Below, piece after piece: positions 1-8,176 of a stretch of DNA of 64,000 nucleotides. The stretch's first letter is position 1. Every line of letters begins with the position of its first letter. Source of the DNA: a virus (taxonomy: Duplodnaviria > Caudoviricetes); IMG/VR virus record IMGVR_UViG_3300015050_000882, positions 5,006-69,005 of that record. The stretch is one strand, 5' to 3'. The notes beneath the pieces were generated by a model. The model was not told the DNA's origin and made no database searches. It saw nothing but the letters and a program-made list of their open reading frames with translations. The position numbers were made by a program, and so were the translations under genes.

Positions 1-1613
1 GTCGTGCAGCCCTTGGCCCCGCCCTCCCAGGCGCGCATGTACAGCTGCTTGAAGTCCTCCCACTCCACGCTCCCGTCCAGGTTGCAGGTCTTGGAGCAGG
101 CGCTGTCCACCCACTCCTGAGCGGTCACCAGGACGTCAATGTGCTCCTGGGGGGTGACCTGGGCAGCGGTGCGCCCGTGCACCCCGAACATCCGCACCCC
201 GTAGTCCTCCACCTCCACCATCTCCACGCCAGCAGGCGTGTTGACCGGGCGCTCAGCGACGTAGCTGAACACCGGCTCAATCCCGGAGCTGCAGTTGTCA
301 GCGGTCAGGCTGATGGTCCCGGTCGGTGCGATGGAGGTCAGGTGGGAGTTGCGGATGCCGTGCTCAGCAATGAGGTCCCGGACATCCTGGGGGAGCTTCT
401 GGATGAACGCCCCGGCCAGGTACTTGTCCCGGTCATACATCGGGAAAGCGCCCTTTTCCTTGGCCAGGAGGGCGCTGGCCCGGTAGCACTCCACAGCGAT
501 GAGCTTCATCACGTCCTTGAGCCACTCCTTCATGCCGGCTGAGCCATACGGAAGGCCCATGGCCTCAGCCGCGTTGGCCGCCCCGGTGACGCCAATGCCC
601 ATGCGGCGCTTGCCGTGGGCTTCAGCCATCTGCTGGGGGAGAGGATAGCGGGCACGGTCCACCACGTTGTCCATGGCCCTGACGATGTGCGGGAGGTCGG
701 CAATCAGCTGCTCCCGGTCAAAGCGCCACGCCTTGGTCTTGATCATGGCAGTCACATGCCGGATGTACTTGGCAAGGTTCACAGAGCCCAGAAGGCAGGC
801 CCCAAACGGGGGGAGCGGCTGTTCACCGCAGGGGTTGGTCGCGGCGATGGTCTCACAGTAGTACAGGTTGTTGAGTCGGTTGACCGTGTCGATGAAGATG
901 ACCCCCGGCTCAGCCCAGTCCCAGGTGGAGCGCATGATGGCCTCCCACAGGTTGCGGGCATCAATCTCCCGGTACACCCGCCCGCCCCAGGTCAGCTCAA
1001 ACATGGTCCCGTCCTTGACCGCCTGCATGAACTTGTCGGTGACAGCAATGGAGAGGTTGAAGCCGGTCAGCTCGGTGGTGTTCTGCTTGGCGTGGATGAA
1101 CTCCTCAATGTCGGGGTGGTCAACCCGGAGGATGCCCATTTGTGCGCCCCGGCGGTGCCCAGAGGAGGCGACACACTTGCACACGGCGTCAAAAATCTTC
1201 ATGAAGCTGACCGGCCCGGAGGAGTGTGACTGGAGCTTCTTGATGCTGTCACCCCGGGGACGCAGGGTGCTGAAGTCATAGCCGATCCCGCCCCCCATGC
1301 GCATGGTCGCTGCGGCCTCGGTGGCCCGCTGCATGATGTTCCCTTCCCCCGTGACAAAGCTGTCCTCAATGGTCCCGGACACATAGCAGTTGTATGGGGT
1401 CGTCTCACGCGCCGCCCCCATGGAGCTTTGGATGCGGCCAGCGTACATGAACCGCTGGGTGCCCGTGATCTCCCTGATCTTGTGGTAGTGGTCGTCATCA
1501 TCCTTCAGGGCGGATGCCACCCGGTTGTTGGCTTCCCGGAAGTCCTCAAGCGGCTGCCGGTACTTCATTGCGTGGAAATAGTCCCCCACCTGGGTCTGCG
1601 GTCCAAAATCCAT
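1..1613 (-). CDS. nrdJ: Class II (adenosylcobalamin) ribonucleotide reductase; 3' end runs off the window
   Basis: Not in ORF track; hand translation from ATG 1613 gives MDFGPQTQ..., RRGAQMGIL, ATNPCGEQPL, TSIAPTGTIS, SKTCN. Confidence 0.93.
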   Translation of the reverse strand, partial: MDFGPQTQVGDYFHAMKYRQPLEDFREANNRVASALKDDDDHYHKIREITGTQRFMYAGRIQSSMGAARETTPYNCYVSGTIEDSFVTGEGNIMQRATEAAATMRMGGGIGYDFSTLRPRGDSIKKLQSHSSGPVSFMKIFDAVCKCVASSGHRRGAQMGILRVDHPDIEEFIHAKQNTTELTGFNLSIAVTDKFMQAVKDGTMFELTWGGRVYREIDARNLWEAIMRSTWDWAEPGVIFIDTVNRLNNLYYCETIAATNPCGEQPLPPFGACLLGSVNLAKYIRHVTAMIKTKAWRFDREQLIADLPHIVRAMDNVVDRARYPLPQQMAEAHGKRRMGIGVTGAANAAEAMGLPYGSAGMKEWLKDVMKLIAVECYRASALLAKEKGAFPMYDRDKYLAGAFIQKLPQDVRDLIAEHGIRNSHLTSIAPTGTISLTADNCSSGIEPVFSYVAERPVNTPAGVEMVEVEDYGVRMFGVHGRTAAQVTPQEHIDVLVTAQEWVDSACSKTCNLDGSVEWEDFKQLYMRAWEGGAKGCT

Positions 1614-1643
1614 TTGACGCCCCTAGATATAGCATGGAATGCC

Positions 1644-1673
1644 AGCCTAACCGCTAGGGCCAGTTGGGGTCAA
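1644..1673 (-). promoter_or_regulatory. sigma70-type promoter for RNR
   Basis: TTGACC-N18-TAGGCT. Confidence 0.6.
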
Positions 1674-1829
1674 CAGTGATCTGATGATATCCCCGGCCTC
1701 CTCAAGCCCTTTCAGGGTCTGCTCCAGCTCCGCCTTGGGGATGCGGTACTTGACCAGCATGTAAACCATGCGGCCGCAGGCCCGGGCGGCCAGCTTGTGC
1801 GCCCGGTCCAGGTCCTCCCCGGCGCTCAC
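1647..1829 (-). CDS. Small hypothetical protein
   Basis: GTG overlaps helicase stop (GTGA). Confidence 0.6.
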   Translation of the reverse strand: MSAGEDLDRAHKLAARACGRMVYMLVKYRIPKAELEQTLKGLEEAGDIIRSLLTPTGPSG

Positions 1830-3061
1830 CCGGCCCTCACCACCGTGATCTGCTCCGCCGCCCGGGTGATCGCGGTGTACAGCCACTGCCTGCGCGTCTC
1901 ACGCATGTCCCACTCGTCAATCAGCAGGACCTTCCCCCACTGGCTGCCCTGCGCCTTGTGGACGGTGAGGGCATACCCAAAGGTGAACTCCTGGGCGCTC
2001 CGCCGGTCCCAGTATCCGATCTGGTCAGGGTCCCCGTTGAAGTGCTCCGGGTGAGCCGGGACCAGGATGCTGTCCCCGCCCTCCTCTGGCTGGATGCGCA
2101 GGTTGATGAAGCCCCCGGCCTCCAATGAGTCCTCCACGGCCAGGTGGAGGGTCCCGTTGAGCAGGCCCATCTCCTTGTCGTTGCGCAGGCACACCAGCTT
2201 CTCCCCGGCCAGCGGCCAGGGGGAGGTCTTGGAGATGCCCTTCAGCTCCCTCATCCGCCGGTTGGTTGACAGGCGGGTCTTGTTCCGCCCGACCAGGACC
2301 TGGTTGGCCTCCAGGGCCAGCTCCGGGGTGGCGCGGCTGATCACCGATGAGGAACCATACTGGCCCTGCTCCAGGCGGTTGCCGGTGCGGACCTGGGTGG
2401 CCAGCCAGATGATCGGGTTGTCCCGGGCCTGGCGGTGGATTTCAGTCAGCATGAAGTCCGGGGTGGCATCGGTGAAGTATCCGGTCCCGGTGACCGGCGG
2501 GAGCTGGGCAGGGTCGCCCAGGACAAGGACCTTGCACCCGAATGACAGGATGTCCTGCGCCATCTCCTCATTGACCATTGAGCACTCATCGACCACCAGG
2601 AGGGCTGCGGTGGTCAGGGCGCTCTCCAGGTTCAGGGTCCAGTCCGGGCGCTCGTTGTTCTTCTCCTCAGCCTCCACCTCCCCGGACAGCCGGGTCATCC
2701 GGTCCACCCAGCCCTGGACCTTGTCCTGGGGGATGTCGCCTTCAGCCAGCGCCCGCCGCACGTCAGCCAGCTCCAGCTGGAGGTGCAGGAGGCGCTCCCT
2801 GGACTTCTCCTTGGGGAGGTAGATCAGGCTGTGGAGGGTCTGCGCGTTGAGGCAGCCGCTGGCCCTCAGGACGCTGGCGGCCTTCCCGGTGTAGGCTGCG
2901 AACAGCACGGTGCCGTTGACGTCCTCTGACAGGTGGCGGGCCAGCGTGGTCTTGCCGGTCCCGGCGTACCCAAACAGGCGGTACAGCTGAGGCCCAGAGC
3001 GGTCCCGCAGCCAGCGGTCCACGTCCTTCAGCGCGTCATTCTGTTGCGGTCCCCATTCCAT
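1826..3061 (-). CDS. Dda/RecD2-like SF1B DNA helicase
   Basis: GYAGTGKT, VDECSMV, GDPAQLPPV, YALTVHKAQGSQW, LYTAITRA. Confidence 0.9.
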   Translation of the reverse strand: MEWGPQQNDALKDVDRWLRDRSGPQLYRLFGYAGTGKTTLARHLSEDVNGTVLFAAYTGKAASVLRASGCLNAQTLHSLIYLPKEKSRERLLHLQLELADVRRALAEGDIPQDKVQGWVDRMTRLSGEVEAEEKNNERPDWTLNLESALTTAALLVVDECSMVNEEMAQDILSFGCKVLVLGDPAQLPPVTGTGYFTDATPDFMLTEIHRQARDNPIIWLATQVRTGNRLEQGQYGSSSVISRATPELALEANQVLVGRNKTRLSTNRRMRELKGISKTSPWPLAGEKLVCLRNDKEMGLLNGTLHLAVEDSLEAGGFINLRIQPEEGGDSILVPAHPEHFNGDPDQIGYWDRRSAQEFTFGYALTVHKAQGSQWGKVLLIDEWDMRETRRQWLYTAITRAAEQITVVRAG

Positions 3062-3086
3062 GTGTGCTCCATTTCTCAATAAGGTT

Positions 3087-3145
3087 GCCCCAGGCTTTCA
3101 CCTGGGGCTGTCAGCTGGGGCGGTCCCGTGACCTCCCGCCCCAGC
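3087..3145 (-). other. Twin intergenic hairpins without U-tract
   Basis: 8-bp stem 3087-3094/3101-3108; 10-bp stem 3114-3123/3136-3145. Confidence 0.5.
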
Positions 3146-3150
3146 CGATG

Positions 3151-3327
3151 TCATGCGCGACGGTTGAGCCAGCCCTTGGTCGCGTGGTAGGTCAGGACGC
3201 GGGTGCCCCGGACCACAGCGCCAAGCTGGCGGCGCTGGTACTCGCCCTTGCGCCCGATCAGGCCCGTGGGGTGGCCAGTCGGGTGGCCCTGCTTGCGCAG
3301 GCGCTCAGAACGGCGGGTCATCGTCAT
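3151..3327 (-). CDS. Small basic hypothetical protein
   Basis: Arg/Gly-rich ORF, GHPTGHPTG, overlaps end of upstream gene. Confidence 0.5.
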   Translation of the reverse strand: MTMTRRSERLRKQGHPTGHPTGLIGRKGEYQRRQLGAVVRGTRVLTYHATKGWLNRRA

Positions 3328-4170
3328 CCCCCGTGTTCCCGGAGCCGCCCCGGGCACCGCCCGTGTAGCCCTGGGAGGAGCCGGTGTCAGGCTGCTCGCC
3401 CTTGGACGGCTCTTCAGCCATCTTCAGGCTGCCATCGGCCTTCTGCTTGACCAGCAGCGCCCCCAGCTGAACCGCCGGGTGGTCTGCCGTCAGGCGTGCG
3501 CCCGCTGCGCCCTTGTCATCGCTGTCCCAGTCGGCCACAAAGGTGAACCAGGTGCGCTTCTTGTCGTCAGTTTCCTTCTTGGTCGTCAAGCGCCAGACGT
3601 GGCTGAACCACGGCGGGTTGAACTTCCCGACGCCAGACGCCCGGGGAGCATGATGGCATTGGACTTGGCCGCAATGGTCTTGTAGGTCGCAATGCGGGTG
3701 GAGGTGAAGGCGATGACCACCGGCTCCGGGTCGCCACCGTCATCGTCCAGCACGCAGCCGAACAGGTAGAAGGTTTCAACCAGGTCGTTGCCATTCTTCA
3801 GGCTCACCTTGCCACGCTGGGACTTGGCCCAAACGCTGATCGGCGCGGTGCTGGGGTAGGAGGCGATGAACCCGCCGCCCGCGTCCACAGGACGCCATTC
3901 CACATAGGCGTGTTCACGGCAGGCCGGAACAAACCGCAGGGACTTGTACAGGCGCTTGGTCGCGGTGTTGATGAACATCCCCGGCTCAGCGCCAATGCCC
4001 TCCTCCATCTCAGGGCTGCCCTTCTCAATGATCTTGATGAAGGGGACAGACTTGTCAGAGCTGTCAAGCTCGTTGGTGCCCTGGCCCTCAAACTCCTCCA
4101 GGCCCTGGTACTCAGCCGGGAGCTGGGCAGTGCCCGGCTTCACAGCCACGTCAGTCGTTGGTTTTGCCAT
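3305..4170 (-). pseudogene. ssDNA-binding/annealing-like protein split by a 1-nt frameshift near 3640-3646
   Basis: Two track ORFs join into one protein ending in acidic DDDDPPF if one G is added in CCCCGGG. Confidence 0.7.
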
Positions 4171-4273
4171 CTCTGGTCTCCAGTTTGAACCGGGTTGTTG
4201 CGCCCCAGCTCCCCGCGCTATCCCCCATGCAGGAGGGCCTCCACACCGTTGACCCAGGTGGCGGGACCTCAAT

Positions 4274-4825
4274 TCACTTTGGCAGGGTGATCTTTGCCTG
4301 CTTGATGTGGAACACCCCCAGGATGTCCAGCGGGACTTCCACGCCCTTCTCCATCAGCTCGTTGGCCAGCGCCCCCAGGGTCTGCCAGGCCACGGACTTC
4401 TTGGCCGCCGGTTTGGCCCCAGCCATCGTCATCGCCAGCATCACTGCCTTGACCTTCTCCGGGTCAGCCTTCCCCAGGTCGGCCTTGACCTCAGACTTGA
4501 TGATGCCCCCGTGGCCGTGCTCCTGGAGCCACTTGAGGGCTGCGGGCATGTTCTCCTCAGAGGGGGAGCCGCGTGTCAGCTTCTCAATCTTGACCGTGAT
4601 GCCGTCAACGGTCTTGACCAGGTCCTGGCCCGCCGCTGTCATCAGCTCCACCATGACCTCATCCTTGAGGGTGCGGAGGATCGCATTGGCGTCCTTCAGG
4701 GCCTGCTCCCGCTCCGCCACGTCCTTCTCAGCCTGGAGGATGTCCCGGGCGGTCTGTGCGATCTGGGCAAGGATGTTGTCCCCCAGCTCCACCTGTGCGT
4801 GTTCTTCAAAGGAAGTGTCTGACAT
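4274..4825 (-). CDS. Conserved phage replication-region hypothetical protein
   Basis: Coiled-coil N-terminus, strong RBS, lies between helicase and SSB-like gene. Confidence 0.75.
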   Translation of the reverse strand: MSDTSFEEHAQVELGDNILAQIAQTARDILQAEKDVAEREQALKDANAILRTLKDEVMVELMTAAGQDLVKTVDGITVKIEKLTRGSPSEENMPAALKWLQEHGHGGIIKSEVKADLGKADPEKVKAVMLAMTMAGAKPAAKKSVAWQTLGALANELMEKGVEVPLDILGVFHIKQAKITLPK

Positions 4826-4851
4826 CTGGTGCTCCATTTCTGCGCCCGCTC

Positions 4852-4880
4852 AGTCTAGCCTCTGGGTCATGCAGGGTCAA
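4852..4880 (-). promoter_or_regulatory. sigma70-type promoter
   Basis: TTGACC-N17-TAGACT. Confidence 0.65.
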
Positions 4881-5217
4881 CTTCAAACACTTGAGCCGAC
4901 ACCGGGATGTACCGCTGGTCACGCCCGGACCACTGGAGGACCGACACCCGGCCATCGTTGTAGTCGGCAGCAATCGCGGTGGCCCAGCCGATCAGGACCG
5001 GGTTGCCCACCAGCAGCAGGTGGTCGTCATCGTTGAAGTCCTGGAGGGCCTCCCGAAGCTCCGGGATGACTGTCTCAGGGTGGAAGGGAGCCGCAGTGGG
5101 TGACAGCAAGAAGCTGAGCTGGCCGTGCTCGGTGGCAGGCTCCAAATCGAACACCGGCACGTACTCCCCGGTGTCCTTGTTGTACTTGCGGTGTTGTTGG
5201 ACAACGTACACGGTCAT
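4867..5217 (-). CDS. Hypothetical protein, small alpha/beta fold
   Basis: TGATG coupling to helicase; DHLLLVGNPVLIGWA. Confidence 0.75.
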   Translation of the reverse strand: MTVYVVQQHRKYNKDTGEYVPVFDLEPATEHGQLSFLLSPTAAPFHPETVIPELREALQDFNDDDHLLLVGNPVLIGWATAIAADYNDGRVSVLQWSGRDQRYIPVSAQVFEVDPA

Positions 5218-6677
5218 CAGAGCCACTCCTTCACTTTGTCTCCCAGGATGACCTGTGCCACCCCGGCCTTGCGCACCAGCGCCTCAATCGCCCGCTCATC
5301 CCGCGTCCCCGGGCAGATCAGGTCGCAGTAGGTGACCGGCTTGAGCTGCCCGATGCGGTGGTTGCGGTCCTCAGACTGCTGGCGGTCCAGCAGCTTGTAG
5401 CTGTTGTTGTAGTACAGCGTGAAGTTGGAGCTGATCAGGGTCAGCCCCTCGCTCATCTGGCTGTTGGCCACGAAGTCTGTGGCATCCCCGGTCTGGAAGG
5501 CCAGCTTGGCCGCCGCCCGGTCGTCATCGCTCACGGTGCCGTCATAGCGAACCGGGTTGCGCCCGTCCTCCCTGAGGGCCTCCATGATCAGGTCAATGTC
5601 CCGGGTCCAGGTGGCCCAGATGATGTTCTTGCCGTTGGTGTCCTCCACCGCCTCACGCAGGAGCTTCAGGCGCGGGTTGACCTTGCGGTCAATGAGCTCA
5701 GTCGGCTCAAGGTCCCCGTCCACTGGAACGTATCCACACAGGACCTGCTGGAGCCGCAGCATGCGGGTGATGGCCAGGGGAGCGGTGATCAGGCCGTCCT
5801 CCCCGTCCAGGAAGGCGGCGAAGTCCTGCTCAAGGCTGGCATAGATGCGGCGCTGGGCCGGTGCCATCTCATAGTACCGCTTGGTGTAGAGCTTGGGCGG
5901 GAGGTCCAGGACATCATCCTTGGTCACGCGGGAGCTGATCCGGGTGATGGCCTCAGCCAGCTCATCCAGGTTCTGGTAGTCAACCAGGATGGGGTACTCA
6001 CGCCCCAGCTGCTGGTTCCACCCTTTGTCCCAGACCCCAAAGTGGGCCTTGAAGGCGGTGAAGGAGGCGATGTTGAGCTCACGCAGCCAGAAGTCCGGGT
6101 CAGTGAACATGACCTGGCTGTAGATGTCAAATGGTCCGTTGGTGATCGGGGTCCCGGACAGCACCCGCCGGTATGCGAAGTGCTTGCCACCCTGGAGAAT
6201 GGACTTTGTGCGGTTGGCGGTCGGTGTCTTCACCCGGTGGCTCTCATCCAGGACGCCCATGCACCGGCGCTTCTTCATGAACTTCCAGACCATCTTCTTG
6301 CCGGCATCAGTCATCCAGGCGTCATAGCTGATTGCCAGGATGGCCAGGCCCCGGTAGGCCAGGAGGTCCTTCAGCTGCCCGGTCTGGCGCACCGTCATGG
6401 GCGACTCAGCCTTGTAGGCATGGGCGCTGTAGTCGATGGCCGGGGACATGTGGGTGGGAAGCTCGTCAGTGATCCAGTTGCGGTGGACGCCATTGGGGGC
6501 CACGACAACCACCGCGTCAATCTTGCCTTCCACGAACAGGTGGTTGAAGGTGTCGATGGTCAGCTTGGTCTTGCCGGTCCCCTGCTCCCAGAACACACAG
6601 AACGCCTCCAGGTCCCGGGATGCCTCCCAAGTGACCTGCTGGTGCTCAAACGGCTTGGTGTGTGGTTGATAGCCCAA
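5217..6677 (-). CDS. SNF2-like (SF2) helicase
   Basis: EQGTGKT, LDESHRVK, LSGTPITN, QSEDRNHRIGQ. Confidence 0.92.
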   Translation of the reverse strand: MGYQPHTKPFEHQQVTWEASRDLEAFCVFWEQGTGKTKLTIDTFNHLFVEGKIDAVVVVAPNGVHRNWITDELPTHMSPAIDYSAHAYKAESPMTVRQTGQLKDLLAYRGLAILAISYDAWMTDAGKKMVWKFMKKRRCMGVLDESHRVKTPTANRTKSILQGGKHFAYRRVLSGTPITNGPFDIYSQVMFTDPDFWLRELNIASFTAFKAHFGVWDKGWNQQLGREYPILVDYQNLDELAEAITRISSRVTKDDVLDLPPKLYTKRYYEMAPAQRRIYASLEQDFAAFLDGEDGLITAPLAITRMLRLQQVLCGYVPVDGDLEPTELIDRKVNPRLKLLREAVEDTNGKNIIWATWTRDIDLIMEALREDGRNPVRYDGTVSDDDRAAAKLAFQTGDATDFVANSQMSEGLTLISSNFTLYYNNSYKLLDRQQSEDRNHRIGQLKPVTYCDLICPGTRDERAIEALVRKAGVAQVILGDKVKEWL

Positions 6678-6754
6678 GGGTGGTGCTCCATTTCTCTCGC
6701 CTGTGGGCCGAATATAGGCCCCCGGGATGGACAGCGCGACGGCCAGTCATTGGT

Positions 6755-7045
6755 GCCCAGGGGCACGCCTCGAACAGCGATAGGGCGGGGGATAACTGAG
6801 AGTTAGTCAAGCCGATGTAAGTGCATGGCGCAGTTGATAAAACTCCAATCCTTAGATAACTTAACTAAAAAAGGGGGGAGGGGTAGAGGGTAAGATTGTG
6901 CCTGTTTTCCCAAGCCTATCCCCGCCCTCTCCGGGCCTAGCGAATTAAACGGGGAGTGTCGTTTAGCTAAGCCGCAGAGTTTTCTCAATCTCTTCATGGA
7001 CTTATGCTCAGAAGCCAGTTTCCACTAAGTTAAGTTAGTCAAGCT
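6755..7045. repeat. Copy 1 of ~290-bp non-coding element
   Basis: Aligns by eye to 34895-35188, with an identical 50-bp core. Confidence 0.92.
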
Positions 7046-7116
7046 CTGCCACATTTCTCCAGGCTTGGTGAGTGGCGCAGCCCCAGTTTTGTGGGCTGCG
7101 TCCACTCGTTGTCAGG

Positions 7117-7332
7117 TCACTTGATCAGCTTGGTCGCGGTGATGCGCCCGTAGATCGCCAGCAGGCCCCCAACAGCGGACACGATGCCCGTGACCAGCTC
7201 CCCGATGGTCTTGAGGTCCTCCGGGCTGATCACATAGCCCGCGACGGCGGCCACACCGGCCACGACAGCACCCAGCCCGCCCCAGAAGGTCTTGGACCCA
7301 AAGATGCTCTTGGTGTCATACAGCAGGTTCAT
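7117..7332 (-). CDS. Putative holin (two TM segments)
   Basis: Hydrophobic 71 aa directly after endolysin. Confidence 0.6.
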   Translation of the reverse strand: MNLLYDTKSIFGSKTFWGGLGAVVAGVAAVAGYVISPEDLKTIGELVTGIVSAVGGLLAIYGRITATKLIK

Positions 7333-7345
7333 TTCAGTCTCCTTG

Positions 7346-8176
7346 TTACAGGCCAGGTGCCTGGACGTGCATCCAGTCAAAGTCACGGGCACGCCCAAGG
7401 GAGGTCCAGCCTTCAGCCTCCCAAATCTTGAACCACGGCAGCGCCCCGGGCTGGGCGAAGTTGGCCTGGGTGTGGTCCCACTTCAGCTGGTTGCGGGTGT
7501 CATCCCAGTCGATTGCGACGCCCCACGCGTGCATGGAGAGGGTGGAGCCGCCGCGCTTCTTGCGGGGAGCGTAGCACCCGGACCAGATGTTGAAGCCCCA
7601 CTCCTCAATCTCCTCAGGGCTGTAATTCTCAGCCACGCGCCCCAGCGCCCGGGTCGCGCTGTCCGCCACCTTCTCATGGCAGCGGAAGGTCGTCACGGTC
7701 TGGGACAGGTTCCACGCCACCTTCAGGGGGAAGGGGGAGGTGACCACACCGGCGGTGCACTGCGGCCCCATGGCCTCGCCATAGAGCTTGACCATGTCAC
7801 GCTGCGTGCCCCAGTCGTGCTTTTGGCCCGCCACCACCGGCTCCGGGTTGTCGTCAGGACGCCAGGTGGGTTCCGGCTTCCCGGTCGCGCGCTCCACCAG
7901 CCACATGCTGAAAGCGAACAGGGTGAGCATCCCGGCGTAACCGTCAATGGCCCCCACCTCAGGGTGGCCGCTGCCCTTCAGGAACAGCTGGACAGCCGCG
8001 ATGGCCTTGCGCTGGAGGGGCCAGCCCTCCCAGCCCTTGGGCAGCTCCCAGTACTGGCTGGAGAGGATGAACTGGATGGCTGACTGGCTCTTTTCACCGA
8101 TCTTGCCGTCAAGCAGTCCAGCGTACTGGCCAGCGGCCTTCAAGGCCATCTGGATTTCAATGTTGGATAGGCTCAT
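7346..8176 (-). CDS. Endolysin: peptidoglycan-binding domain plus M15-family peptidase
   Basis: YAGLLDGKIG and IDGYAG repeats; SMHAWGVAIDW and DWMHVQ Zn motifs. Confidence 0.85.
   Translation of the reverse strand: MSLSNIEIQMALKAAGQYAGLLDGKIGEKSQSAIQFILSSQYWELPKGWEGWPLQRKAIAAVQLFLKGSGHPEVGAIDGYAGMLTLFAFSMWLVERATGKPEPTWRPDDNPEPVVAGQKHDWGTQRDMVKLYGEAMGPQCTAGVVTSPFPLKVAWNLSQTVTTFRCHEKVADSATRALGRVAENYSPEEIEEWGFNIWSGCYAPRKKRGGSTLSMHAWGVAIDWDDTRNQLKWDHTQANFAQPGALPWFKIWEAEGWTSLGRARDFDWMHVQAPGL

Noticed and set aside
6755-7045. CtrA sites (TTAA-N7-TTAA) in the duplicated element
   Set aside because: Only half-site-like TTAAC; spacing did not fit on either strand.
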